A stretch of DNA of 64,000 nucleotides from a virus, in the IMG/VR virus record IMGVR_UViG_3300027863_001119, positions 1-64,000 of that record; one strand, given 5' to 3'. The translations under genes were made by a program, and so were the position numbers. Below, one piece after another: positions 37,529-47,931 of the stretch. Numbering within the stretch: position 1 is the stretch's first letter; every line of letters begins with the position of its first letter. The notes beneath the pieces are model-generated. The model had not been told where the DNA came from. It did no database searches and worked only from the letters and a program-made list of their open reading frames with translations.

Positions 37529-40327
37529 ATGGCAGTAACAGGAAAAAAATTATCAGAGCTTGAAAAAATACAAGATTCTAGTATAAGAGAATCTTTACAT
37601 CTAAAATATGTTCCAGTGCTTGATACTACTCGTTCGTTAGACTCAGCTAAAAATGTTACTGTGAATTTGGATAATTTATTAAGTGTAATAATAGATGACG
37701 AAAATTTATCTTATAATAGAAGTTGGAGTAGTTACAAAGTAAGAGATTTATTAGAAGTTAAAGCAGATAGATCATATGTACAAAGCATCTATGATTCTTT
37801 GATAAACGAACTGAATTCAAAAGCAACTAAATCATATGTAGACAATCTACTTTTAGGTATATCATGGCAAAATCCGGTAATTAATTTTGTAACACAAGCA
37901 CAATTAAACTCTTTATCTCCACAAGAAAATGATAGATATATTATTACTGATGGAACAAATATTAATAAAATCGCTATAAGACAAGGAGGAAGTTGGGTAT
38001 ATGTAACTCCTCAAAACAACTGGGCAGTAGTAAGATCAAGTAACAATTCTATTTATGTATATAACTCAAATTCTACAGATGCAATTAAGTGGATGAGTTT
38101 ACAAGGAGTTGCCCCACCTCCATATAATCCTTATAAATATTTTACGTTAACTACAAATATGAGCGCAGGGGATCTTGTAGTATTGAATACAAATGGTACG
38201 ATTTCAAAGATTACTTATAATCCTATTACTTTTATTTCTAATTTGGCTCCTAGTAATGTAAATGATAGTGTATTTATGCTATCTGTTATAGGATTACAAA
38301 ATGATGTATTTGTTTATACTTATCAAAGAAACGTTTCTTCTAGTGACCGAAGAATTATAACTAATGTAGTTCAGATTTCAGGAGGGTCAATAACTATTGG
38401 GAGTAATCCTCTTATTAGTTATTTTAATGATACGCTTCCTGACGCAAAATTATCAAAATATGATTCGAGTACAGGAGCATTATTTATAAAATATTTTATG
38501 GGATCACCTGCAACTATTGATACTATAAGAGTAAGCTTAACTCTTTTTACAACAAGTGGTACATCAATAATAACTCAGCAAAGCATAAGTCTTAGTTTAA
38601 CCTCTGGATATTTGAATGTTGCACGAAACAGTCTTGCAGGAGCTGGAACTTCTAACTCAGCATTAAGTTTTGGAGGATATAATCCTAATTTTGGAATATA
38701 TCTTTCAACAACAGAATTATTTGATAAAGTAGTTTGGACTACTAAAAATAATATGAATGTTGCACGTTACGGTTTAGCAGGAGCTGGAACTTCTAACTCA
38801 GCATTAAGTTTTGGAGGAGATAGTTCTACAGGATATGTTGCAACAACAGAATTATTTGACGGAATAAGTTGGACTACTAAAAATAATATGAATGTTGCGC
38901 GTGAAAGTCTTGCAGGAGCGGGAACTTCTAACTCAGCATTAAGTTTTGGAGGATATCCAGGTTATAGAACAACAGAATTATTTGACGGAATAAGTTGGAC
39001 TACTAAAAATAATATGAATGTTGATCGTGAACGTCTTGCAGGAGCGGGAACTTCTAACTCAGCATTAAGTTTTGGAGGATATCGTGCTGGTGCTGTTGCA
39101 ACAACAGAATTATTTGATGGAACAAGTTGGACTATTAAAAATAATATGAATGTTGCACGAAGCGGTCTTGCAGGAGCTGGAACTTCTAACTCAGCATTAA
39201 GTTTCGGAGGAATAGGGGGTACTAGAACAACGGAATTATTTGACGGAACAAGTTGGACTACTAAAAATGGTATGTATGTTGATCGTTACGATTTAGCAGG
39301 GGCTGGAACTTCCAACTCAGCATTAAGTTTCGGAGGACATGGTTCTGAAAAATATCTTGCAGCAACAGAATTATTTAATGGAACAAATTGGCATGATCTT
39401 TATAATTATACTCTCAAACCACAATTTTTTGATCGTTTTAATACAGTAAAATTATTTCCGTTATCAAGTAATAAAGTACTTTTATCGGTAGGAAAAGCTT
39501 TTGCTTCCTATAATCTATCTCCTTTTAGTTTTGATAATTATTATCTTTATATAGATAACAATACTTACGCATATGTTATAGACGCTCTTAACTCTACTAC
39601 TTTTGTTACTTATAGAACTTCTTCTAATAATCACTATGTAAGTATAATACAATACTTAAATAATGACTTAGTATTTGATCCATCATTATTTATGTTTGAA
39701 ACAGGAGTTACATTATCTAATGTAAGAATAAAAAGGTTAACCGATATTTCTTTCTTATTAGTATATTCTAAAAGTGGGGTGTATCATTTTAGAATAGGTG
39801 TAATTAGTAGTGGTCCTAATATAAGTTTTACATCTCCTATAATTCTATCAGGAGTTTCTAATGTTTATGATGTATGCGTTCTTTCTGAATCTACATTTAT
39901 AGTATATCATCCATCTGGAATAGTTCCAGGAAACATAGATTCTCAAAATCAAATAGAATTTGGTTCTAATATACCTTATAATTCATCTTATATAAGTTCT
40001 TCCTACAATGCTGGTACTACTATATCTCCTACGCTTAGTGCATTTGTATATTCTTCTGGGTCTATTGCTAAAGGTTATGGGATAGTTTATAGTCAACAAA
40101 CTATGGGGAAAGTAGTTGGTATCTTACAAGAGAGTGGAAGTGCTGGTCAAAGTAAACCAGTAGCACTTTTTGGGGATATAAGCAAAGTACATAGTGGACT
40201 TGTTCCTGGAAGTACTTACTATTATAATATTAATACTGGTAATGGTTTAACTACTACAAAAAATGATTATCCTGCTGGGATGGCAATTAGTCAAACAGAA
40301 TTAAAAATAATGTATCAAAAACAATAA
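37529..40327 (+). CDS. Multidomain fibre/receptor-binding protein with six Kelch-like repeats
   Basis: WQNPV...DRYII N-terminal module, Kelch-type NVAR...LAGAG...ALSFGG...TELFDG.SW repeats, split cement-like domain. Confidence 0.72.
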   Translation: MAVTGKKLSELEKIQDSSIRESLHLKYVPVLDTTRSLDSAKNVTVNLDNLLSVIIDDENLSYNRSWSSYKVRDLLEVKADRSYVQSIYDSLINELNSKATKSYVDNLLLGISWQNPVINFVTQAQLNSLSPQENDRYIITDGTNINKIAIRQGGSWVYVTPQNNWAVVRSSNNSIYVYNSNSTDAIKWMSLQGVAPPPYNPYKYFTLTTNMSAGDLVVLNTNGTISKITYNPITFISNLAPSNVNDSVFMLSVIGLQNDVFVYTYQRNVSSSDRRIITNVVQISGGSITIGSNPLISYFNDTLPDAKLSKYDSSTGALFIKYFMGSPATIDTIRVSLTLFTTSGTSIITQQSISLSLTSGYLNVARNSLAGAGTSNSALSFGGYNPNFGIYLSTTELFDKVVWTTKNNMNVARYGLAGAGTSNSALSFGGDSSTGYVATTELFDGISWTTKNNMNVARESLAGAGTSNSALSFGGYPGYRTTELFDGISWTTKNNMNVDRERLAGAGTSNSALSFGGYRAGAVATTELFDGTSWTIKNNMNVARSGLAGAGTSNSALSFGGIGGTRTTELFDGTSWTTKNGMYVDRYDLAGAGTSNSALSFGGHGSEKYLAATELFNGTNWHDLYNYTLKPQFFDRFNTVKLFPLSSNKVLLSVGKAFASYNLSPFSFDNYYLYIDNNTYAYVIDALNSTTFVTYRTSSNNHYVSIIQYLNNDLVFDPSLFMFETGVTLSNVRIKRLTDISFLLVYSKSGVYHFRIGVISSGPNISFTSPIILSGVSNVYDVCVLSESTFIVYHPSGIVPGNIDSQNQIEFGSNIPYNSSYISSSYNAGTTISPTLSAFVYSSGSIAKGYGIVYSQQTMGKVVGILQESGSAGQSKPVALFGDISKVHSGLVPGSTYYYNINTGNGLTTTKNDYPAGMAISQTELKIMYQKQ
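38611..39393 (+). repeat. Six near-identical Kelch-like coding repeats with variable loops
   Basis: gcaggagctggaacttctaactcagcattaagttttggagga recurs six times with minor changes. Confidence 0.85.
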
Positions 40328-40339
40328 GGAGAATCTTTT

Positions 40340-41077
40340 ATGAATATTGAAAATGCAGTAAACATTATTAATACTTCTAATTTATTAAAAGAAAATGAAT
40401 TACAAGATATCTTAAACTTGAAAGAAGAATTAGCAGAAACATTTGCTAAATCTCAAGTTTTTAGAACTCGAACAGAAATGGAAGTTTCTGTTTTGAATGA
40501 CTTACATTTTCCTACTCATGCTGCTAAATACTGGCAAGCAGTAAGAGAACAAAACGTACATTTTACAGAGTTAGTAGAATTATCTTATGAGTATAGAAGA
40601 AAATGTATTGAAATTAAGAAGTTAAAAAGAAAGTTAGAAAAAGAAGAAGATGATTTAGAAAGAGAACTTATTCAAATTGACATAGAGAGAGAAGAATTTC
40701 ATTTAAGACAAATGGAAAAAGTTGCAAGAGACAGATTAAGAGAAGTAAAGGAGTGGAGCGATATAAAGAAGAGAGAAATGAAACATATGACAAAAGAAGA
40801 ACTGGAAGATGTAAACAATCATCAGTTAATTAGTTATACCAAGAGGTTTATACAAGAAGCAATGTTAATAGATTCTAATACTGAAGTTGCAGTAAAGATA
40901 AGTATATTAGGACATTTGAAGAATGCTTTGCAAGAATGTATAAGAAAAGAAGTATTGAACGAAGTACTAAAAGATCTTCCAGATAATCAAAAACTGTTTT
41001 TAGCGGAAGTCTTAAACTCTGAAATGAAGCAAGATAAAATAGAGGAAGCTTCTATAATAGAAGAAATAAAATTATGA
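40340..41077 (+). CDS. Hypothetical coiled-coil phage protein
   Basis: AGGAG RBS. FRTRTEMEVSVLND...KYWQAVREQ followed by coiled coil. Confidence 0.65.
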   Translation: MNIENAVNIINTSNLLKENELQDILNLKEELAETFAKSQVFRTRTEMEVSVLNDLHFPTHAAKYWQAVREQNVHFTELVELSYEYRRKCIEIKKLKRKLEKEEDDLERELIQIDIEREEFHLRQMEKVARDRLREVKEWSDIKKREMKHMTKEELEDVNNHQLISYTKRFIQEAMLIDSNTEVAVKISILGHLKNALQECIRKEVLNEVLKDLPDNQKLFLAEVLNSEMKQDKIEEASIIEEIKL

Positions 41078-42219
41078 GATTTCGAAAGCAATATTTATCC
41101 GACATAACTTCTACTATAGTACCATCTAATTTAAACAAACACGCAAGGTTAGCTCAAGTTATAAGTGTAGAAGCAGAAAAAGGAGTGTGTACAATAAGAT
41201 TTCTCGATACTCCTAGTACACGCTCTGATGTTATTCTTGTACAGCCCTCCTCTGGAATATTCAACATCCCAGAGGTAGGCAATATTGTTATAGTTGTATT
41301 TGATAAATTTGAAAGGCCTTATATAGTAGGATATATAAATTTAGGACACGAAAGCAGAGTGCGTAAATTAAATACATTGCCAAAATTTAAGCCTGGTGAA
41401 AAATTTTTTGAAGCAGGGGGTTCTTACTTTTATATAAGAAAAAATGGAAATATTATAATATCTACTTTAACCGGGAATTATCTAGAAATAGAGAACACTT
41501 CAGGATCGTTAAAGTTTGAAAGTGTAAACTGGAAGGTTATTACAGAAGGAGGAATATTATATTTTGGAATTGTTAAAAGGCTTGTAAAGGATGAAAAAGG
41601 TAATCTTGAATACAAACCAATAACATCTTTTAATGGGGACGCTTATACAGAATTAAGCTTAAAAGTTATAGAAAAAGCGGATGGTTCTCTTGGAATTGAT
41701 CCAAATGCTTCTCCTTTAATTGAAATGACTTTAGGAACTTTAGTTGATAAAGAAGGAAATGTAGTAGATAAAAATTTAAACAAAACTTTATACTCAAATA
41801 AAGAAGTACTTTTACATTTAAAGTTAAAAAATGGAGTTCAAATTGATATAGATAAAGAAGGAAGATTAAGTATAAAGAACATGAAGATAAATATAAATGA
41901 AGGAAGTGTTGATTATGATGATCCAGATATTGCATTAGGATTAGAAAAAAACAACGCATTATTAGGTACAAGAGGACAACATGTTGCAAGAGAACATGAT
42001 GAAGTTACTATTCCTATAAGTACACAATTTGAATCTGTAGAACATAAAACATTATCTGAAAAGAACCTTCAAAATTTGAATGCTTTGCAAACTTTAGCTA
42101 TGTCAATTATTTCTCCTATGGGACCATGTTTTCTAAACCTCGGAGTTTTAGGGGTAAACAATAGTTTAAAAGGAGAAATAACATCTGGTGCAAAAGATGT
42201 TATAGTAGGAGGGGAGTAA
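41074..42219 (+). CDS. Baseplate central spike (gpV/gp5-like, N-terminal OB fold)
   Basis: AQVISV...PEVGNIVIVVF...PYIVG OB-fold motif, beta-helix-like middle, C-terminal GEITSGAKDV. Confidence 0.65.
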   Translation: MRFRKQYLSDITSTIVPSNLNKHARLAQVISVEAEKGVCTIRFLDTPSTRSDVILVQPSSGIFNIPEVGNIVIVVFDKFERPYIVGYINLGHESRVRKLNTLPKFKPGEKFFEAGGSYFYIRKNGNIIISTLTGNYLEIENTSGSLKFESVNWKVITEGGILYFGIVKRLVKDEKGNLEYKPITSFNGDAYTELSLKVIEKADGSLGIDPNASPLIEMTLGTLVDKEGNVVDKNLNKTLYSNKEVLLHLKLKNGVQIDIDKEGRLSIKNMKININEGSVDYDDPDIALGLEKNNALLGTRGQHVAREHDEVTIPISTQFESVEHKTLSEKNLQNLNALQTLAMSIISPMGPCFLNLGVLGVNNSLKGEITSGAKDVIVGGE

Positions 42220-45200
42220 ATGACACCTGCAGAGTTATTAGCTCAAAAAATAACAGAAAGTATATTAAAGCAAGATGCGGGGGCGGGAAAAACTATAGGA
42301 GATTTAACTGAAAATGATAAAAGTGGCTATATTTATAACTCGTGGCTTAATATTTGTAAACCTTTAGTTCAATATTTAGGGGCTTCTGGATCAGTATCTG
42401 GGTTTATTTTATGGGGAAGTATATTAGGAAGTATATCTGATCAAACTGATTTATATGAGATATTAACTACTCTTCAAAACGTAGATAATAATCTACAAAA
42501 CCAAATTACTTTAGTTTCAGGTTCTCTTGTAACTGAAATTCAAAATAGAATCAATGCTGATAATAATTTACAAAGTCAAATCAATCAATTAGTTATAAGT
42601 GGAGGCATAAGTACTGGTGAAAATTTAGGTAGTGGAGAAGGAATTTATATTGGTAATTTTGGTTCTATACTACGGTTTAAGACACTAAAAGGTTCTGGAA
42701 GTATAAATGTAAGTACAATTGGAAATGAGATTATAATTGATGGTCAAGATTTACAAAACCAAATTACTTTAGTTAGTGGATCATTAACTACTGAAATTCA
42801 AAATAGAATCAATGCAGATAATAATCTACAAAGTCAAATTACTTTAGTTTCTGGTTCTCTTGTAACTGAAATTCAAAATAGAATTAGCGGGGATAATAAT
42901 CTACAAAACCAAATTACTTTAGTTAGTGGATCATTAACTACTGAAATTCAAAATAGAATTAGCGAGGATAATAATTTACAAAACCAAATTACTTTAGTTT
43001 CAGGTTCTCTTGTAACTGAAATTCAAGACAGAATTAATACTGATAATAATCTACAAAACCAAATTACTTTAGTTAGTGGATCATTAACTACTGAAATTCA
43101 AAATAGAATCAATGCAGATAATAATTTGCAGAATCAAATTACTTTAGTTAGTGGATCATTAACTACTGAAATTCAAAATAGAATTAGCGAGGATAATAAT
43201 CTACAAAGTCAAATTACTTTAGTTTCAGGTTCTCTTGTAACTGAAATTCAAAATAGAATTAGCGGGGATAATAATCTACAAAACCAAATTACTTTAGTTA
43301 GTGGATCATTAACTACTGAAATCCAAAATAGAATCAATGCAGATAATAATCTACAAAACCAAATTACTTTAGTTAGTGGATCATTAACTACTGAAATTCA
43401 AAATAGAATTAGTGAGGATAATAATCTACAAAACCAAATTACTTTAGTTTCAGGTTCATTAACTACTGAAATTCAAGACAGAACTAATGTTGATAATAAT
43501 TTACAAAACCAAATTACTTTAGTTAGTGGATCATTAACTACTGAAATTCAAAACAGAATCAATGCAGATAATAATTTACAAAGTCAAATTACTTTAGTTT
43601 CAAGTTTATTAACTAATGAAATTCAAGACAGAATTAATGCAGATAACAACTTACAGAATCAAATAAGTCAATTAGCTGTAAGTGGAAGTATAAGTACTGG
43701 TGAAAATTTAGGTAGTGGAGAAGGAATTTACATTGGTAATTCGGGTTCTATACTACAGTTTAAGACATTAAAAGGTTCTGAAAATATAAATGTAAGTACT
43801 GTTAATAATGAAGTTATAATTAGTGGTCAGAATTTACAAAGCCAAATTACTTCAGTTTCAAGTTCATTAACTAATGAAATTCAAAATAGAATCAATGCTG
43901 ATAATAATTTGCAAAGTCAAATTACTTTAGTTTCAGGTTCTCTTGTAACTGAAATTCAAGACAGAATCAACACAGATAATAATCTACAAAACCAAATTAC
44001 TTTAGTTTCAGGTTCTCTTGTAACTGAAATTCAAGACAGAATCAACACAGATAATAATCTACAAAACCAAATTACTTTAGTTTCAGGTTCTCTTGTAACT
44101 GAAATTCAAGACAGAATCAACACAGATAATAATCTACAAAACCAAATTACTTTAGTTTCAGGTTCTCTTGTAACTGAAATTCAAGACAGAATCAATGCAG
44201 ATAATAATCTACAAAACCAAATTACTTTAGTTTCAGGTTCCCTTGTAACTGAAATTCAAAACAGAATCAATGCAGATAATAATCTACAAAGTCAAATTAC
44301 TTTAGTTTCAGGTTCCCTTGTAACTGAAATTCAAGACAGAATCAACACAGATAATAATCTACAAAACCAAATTACTTTAGTTTCAGGTTCTCTTGTAACT
44401 GAAATTCAAGACAGAATCAATGCAGATAATAATCTACAAAACCAAATTACTTTAGTTTCAGGTTCCCTTGTAACTGAAATTCAAAACAGAATCAATGCAG
44501 ATAATAATCTACAAAACCAAATTACTTTAGTTTCAGGTTCCCTTGTAACTGAAATTCAAAACAGAATCAATGCAGATAATAATCTACAAAGTCAAATTAC
44601 TTTAGTTTCAGGTTCCCTTGTAACTGAAATTCAAAATAGAATTAGCGGAGATAATAATTTACAAAACCAAATTACTTTAGTTAGTGGATCATTAACTACT
44701 GAAATCCAAAATAGAATCAATGCAGATAATAATCTACAAAACCAAATTACTTTAGTTAGTGGATCATTAACTACTGAAATCCAAAATAGAATCAATGCAG
44801 ATAATAATCTACAAAACCAAATTACTTTAGTTTCAGGTTCATTAACTAATGAAATTCAAAACAGAATCAATGCAGATAATAATCTACAAAGTCAAATTAC
44901 TTTAGTTTCAGGTTCCCTTGTAACTGAAATTCAAAATAGAATTAGCGGAGATAATAATTTACAAAACCAAATTACTTTAGTTAGTGGATCATTAACTACT
45001 GAAATCCAAAATAGAATCAATGCAGATAATAATCTACAAAACCAAATTACTTTAGTTTCAGGTTCATTAACTAATGAAATTCAAAACAGAATCAATGCAG
45101 ATAATAATCTACAAAGTCAAATTACTTTAGTTTCAGGTTCCCTTGTAACTGAAATTCAAAATAGAATTAGCGGAGATAATAATTTACAAAACCAAATTAC

Positions 45201-45927
45201 TTTAGTTAGTGGATCATTAACTACTGAAATCCAAAATAGAATCAATGCAGATAATAATCTACAAAACCAAATTACTTTAGTTTCAGGTTCATTAACTAAT
45301 GAAATTCAAGACAGAATCAACACAGATAATAATCTACAAAACCAAATTACTTTAGTTTCAGGTTCTCTTGTAACTGAAATTCAAAACAGAATCAATGCAG
45401 ATAATAATCTACAAAGTCAAATTACTTCAGTTTCAAGTTCATTAACTAATGAAATTCAAAATAGAATCAATGCAGATAATAATCTGCAGAATCAAATAAA
45501 TCAATTAGCTGCAAGCGGAAGTGTAAATAATTGGACATTAACTTCTCCGTTATTATTAAATTCTTATCCTATAGTTGAAACTTTTACAGCAGGAGAAAAT
45601 CTTAGTGCAGGAAATGTTTGTTATTTAAAAAGCGATGGAAAATTTTGGAAAGCACAAGCAAACAGTGAAAGTACTACAAAAGGATTGATTGCTGTTGCAA
45701 GTTCTTCTATTTCTGCTAATAATGTAGGGAGGTTTGTTTTATTTGGACCTTTTATAACATCTGGTATAAGCGTAGGAAGTGTTTATTATATTAGTCCAAC
45801 TACTGCGGGAGGTATTACAACAACTGTTCCTACTACTTCTGGACAACAAGTTAGAATAGTTGGCTATGGGCTTACTTCAAACATATTATTTATAAAACCA
45901 AGCGATGTATATTTGGAGATTGCGTAA
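42220..45927 (+). CDS. Giant coiled-coil fibre (about 35 25-aa repeats) with C-terminal cement-like GENLSAG domain
   Basis: 1235-aa ORF, 75-bp repeats, two knob modules, WGSILGSISDQTDL motif. Confidence 0.8.
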   Translation: MTPAELLAQKITESILKQDAGAGKTIGDLTENDKSGYIYNSWLNICKPLVQYLGASGSVSGFILWGSILGSISDQTDLYEILTTLQNVDNNLQNQITLVSGSLVTEIQNRINADNNLQSQINQLVISGGISTGENLGSGEGIYIGNFGSILRFKTLKGSGSINVSTIGNEIIIDGQDLQNQITLVSGSLTTEIQNRINADNNLQSQITLVSGSLVTEIQNRISGDNNLQNQITLVSGSLTTEIQNRISEDNNLQNQITLVSGSLVTEIQDRINTDNNLQNQITLVSGSLTTEIQNRINADNNLQNQITLVSGSLTTEIQNRISEDNNLQSQITLVSGSLVTEIQNRISGDNNLQNQITLVSGSLTTEIQNRINADNNLQNQITLVSGSLTTEIQNRISEDNNLQNQITLVSGSLTTEIQDRTNVDNNLQNQITLVSGSLTTEIQNRINADNNLQSQITLVSSLLTNEIQDRINADNNLQNQISQLAVSGSISTGENLGSGEGIYIGNSGSILQFKTLKGSENINVSTVNNEVIISGQNLQSQITSVSSSLTNEIQNRINADNNLQSQITLVSGSLVTEIQDRINTDNNLQNQITLVSGSLVTEIQDRINTDNNLQNQITLVSGSLVTEIQDRINTDNNLQNQITLVSGSLVTEIQDRINADNNLQNQITLVSGSLVTEIQNRINADNNLQSQITLVSGSLVTEIQDRINTDNNLQNQITLVSGSLVTEIQDRINADNNLQNQITLVSGSLVTEIQNRINADNNLQNQITLVSGSLVTEIQNRINADNNLQSQITLVSGSLVTEIQNRISGDNNLQNQITLVSGSLTTEIQNRINADNNLQNQITLVSGSLTTEIQNRINADNNLQNQITLVSGSLTNEIQNRINADNNLQSQITLVSGSLVTEIQNRISGDNNLQNQITLVSGSLTTEIQNRINADNNLQNQITLVSGSLTNEIQNRINADNNLQSQITLVSGSLVTEIQNRISGDNNLQNQITLVSGSLTTEIQNRINADNNLQNQITLVSGSLTNEIQDRINTDNNLQNQITLVSGSLVTEIQNRINADNNLQSQITSVSSSLTNEIQNRINADNNLQNQINQLAASGSVNNWTLTSPLLLNSYPIVETFTAGENLSAGNVCYLKSDGKFWKAQANSESTTKGLIAVASSSISANNVGRFVLFGPFITSGISVGSVYYISPTTAGGITTTVPTTSGQQVRIVGYGLTSNILFIKPSDVYLEIA
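42480..45510 (+). repeat. 75-bp tandem coding repeat arrays
   Basis: Directly visible, including exact copies at about 43.9-44.2 kb and higher-order 225-bp repeats at about 44.6-45.3 kb. Confidence 0.9.
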
Positions 45928-46856
45928 TGAAAGTATGGTATGTAACATCAAATTTAAATCAAGCAAGATGTTATTTAGGAGGGGGAGGAGGATGGGCATC
46001 TGCATTTGCAATTGGAGGGAGAACTTCTACATCTAGTGGTACTTTAACGAGTGTTGAGCTTTTTAGTGGTAGTACCTGGTCTTCTCTTGCTTCATTAAAT
46101 TTACAAAGATGGGGAATGGGTGTTACGAGTAGTCCTGGGTTTATACTTTCTTTTGTAATAAATGGGGATGCAGATGCATATACATATACAACGGAATACT
46201 ACAACGGAGTGTCTTGGGAATATAGTAGTAACACAAACGTCGCGAGAAAATATTTAGGAGCGATAGGAAGGGCAGACGGAAGTTCAGTCATTTTTGGAGG
46301 GTATGCAGCATTATACACTTCTGAGTTATATTCTGGAGTATCGTGGACAACTGGGCCTAACTTAAGCATAGGAGTAAGATGGCCATTAGGAGGAGACGGA
46401 TATGTAAATACAACTCAAGGATTAAAAATAGGAGGATATGATGGATCTAACTATTATAGTGTATGTGAAAGATATGATGATACATCTTGGGTAACAGTAA
46501 ATAGCTTAAATGTTGCAAGAGGTTATGGAGGAGCGGGAGGTACAGGAATTTCCAATATAATTGTATTTGGTGGTTATAATTCTACAAATAGAGTACTTTC
46601 AAGTACAGAAACTTTTAATGGCACTTCTTGGGCAGTAGACTCTGCAACACTTAATGTGCCACGATATATATTAGGGGGAGCAGGAGATAGTGATTATGCA
46701 TTAAGTTTTGGAGGATACAATGGATCTTCTGTATTAAACACTACTGAGTTATATCGAACTTCTGTAGGGTGGTCTGGAAAAATTTGGGGAATTTCTTCTA
46801 TTTCTAAAATAATAGGAGTTAGTAAATCTTCAATATTAAATGTAAAGGTCTCATAA
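45927..46856 (+). CDS. Kelch-repeat beta-propeller protein
   Basis: Six LNxAR...GG...FGG...TExYxGxSW repeats. Confidence 0.75.
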   Translation: MKVWYVTSNLNQARCYLGGGGGWASAFAIGGRTSTSSGTLTSVELFSGSTWSSLASLNLQRWGMGVTSSPGFILSFVINGDADAYTYTTEYYNGVSWEYSSNTNVARKYLGAIGRADGSSVIFGGYAALYTSELYSGVSWTTGPNLSIGVRWPLGGDGYVNTTQGLKIGGYDGSNYYSVCERYDDTSWVTVNSLNVARGYGGAGGTGISNIIVFGGYNSTNRVLSSTETFNGTSWAVDSATLNVPRYILGGAGDSDYALSFGGYNGSSVLNTTELYRTSVGWSGKIWGISSISKIIGVSKSSILNVKVS

Positions 46857-46857
46857 A

Positions 46858-47454
46858 ATGCAAGTTTCTCCTATAGCATATCAAATTTGTAACAAATTGG
46901 GTTTATCTGGAGATTATTGGACAGTCTTAACACAAACCCTTATAAATCTTACCAGATCAACAAGAATGGTAATTTATGACTATTTAAGTTCTAAACTTTC
47001 TTATTTAAGATCTTACAAAGGGACTTTGAATACATTAAGTAATAAAGCAAATATATTATCTTCAAAAATTAACAATTCTATTAATGCTTTGAATATTATA
47101 CTATCTCCAATAAGAAATACTTTAAAATCTATTCCATTAGAAGTTTTAGGATTACAAGAAATTCCAGAAGTTGCAGATTTGTTACAAGAAATAACAACAA
47201 AAGTACCTCTTAAGATACCTTCAAACCAAGCTACAATAATATCTAACTTAGCTGATTTTGATTTTTTAGAAGGAGTAGAAACTTTTGCAGATTTACAAGA
47301 TAAAATAACAGAACTCTCTTACAGAGCTTCAAGAGCAACTGCTTTATCTACTTACGTAGAGAAAGTTACCTTTATGGCAGATGAACAAATGAAAAAACTT
47401 GAAAATATACTATATATTATAGTAGAAATAAATAATATAGAAGGAACGTCCTAA
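46858..47454 (+). CDS. Hypothetical helical baseplate-region protein
   Basis: 198-aa ORF tightly coupled to its neighbours. Confidence 0.6.
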   Translation: MQVSPIAYQICNKLGLSGDYWTVLTQTLINLTRSTRMVIYDYLSSKLSYLRSYKGTLNTLSNKANILSSKINNSINALNIILSPIRNTLKSIPLEVLGLQEIPEVADLLQEITTKVPLKIPSNQATIISNLADFDFLEGVETFADLQDKITELSYRASRATALSTYVEKVTFMADEQMKKLENILYIIVEINNIEGTS

Positions 47455-47930
47455 TGGATTTATTAGGAATAACCATTTGTGATCATATTGTTGGAGATCC
47501 GATTGAAAAATTTACTTTAGAGAATTGTCCGAAATGTAATGGTAAAGGAGTAGTAGGAGACATCAGTTTTGATAGTAATGGTAAAGTAAATACCGTAGGA
47601 GGCATAGAACTATTAAAACAAAAAATAAAAAAGATTTTAACAGAATCAACAAGAGATACTGGATATGGATTTAATTATAATATGTTAAGTTATAATGATA
47701 AGTTAAAATCTGGGGTTAAAAGTGAAATATATAGATGTATTAATTATTTAATTAACTTACAAAAAGAAAAAGAGAAAGAAGGATTCTATTACTTACCTAC
47801 AGAAAAGATTGATAGTATTGATAAAGTCGATATACTTGAGAATCCTGATCCAAGGAAAGTAGAAATACTAATAGTCTGTAAAAGTACTTCAGGTAAACAA
47901 GCGGAAATAAACTTATCTTTAGAGGTATGA
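47454..47930 (+). CDS. Baseplate wedge gp25-like protein with CxxC insertion
   Basis: GDISFD...LxQxIxKILTE...YG...E.I..I...DPR. Lies just before baseplate J. Confidence 0.6.
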   Translation: MDLLGITICDHIVGDPIEKFTLENCPKCNGKGVVGDISFDSNGKVNTVGGIELLKQKIKKILTESTRDTGYGFNYNMLSYNDKLKSGVKSEIYRCINYLINLQKEKEKEGFYYLPTEKIDSIDKVDILENPDPRKVEILIVCKSTSGKQAEINLSLEV

Positions 47931-47931
47931 A

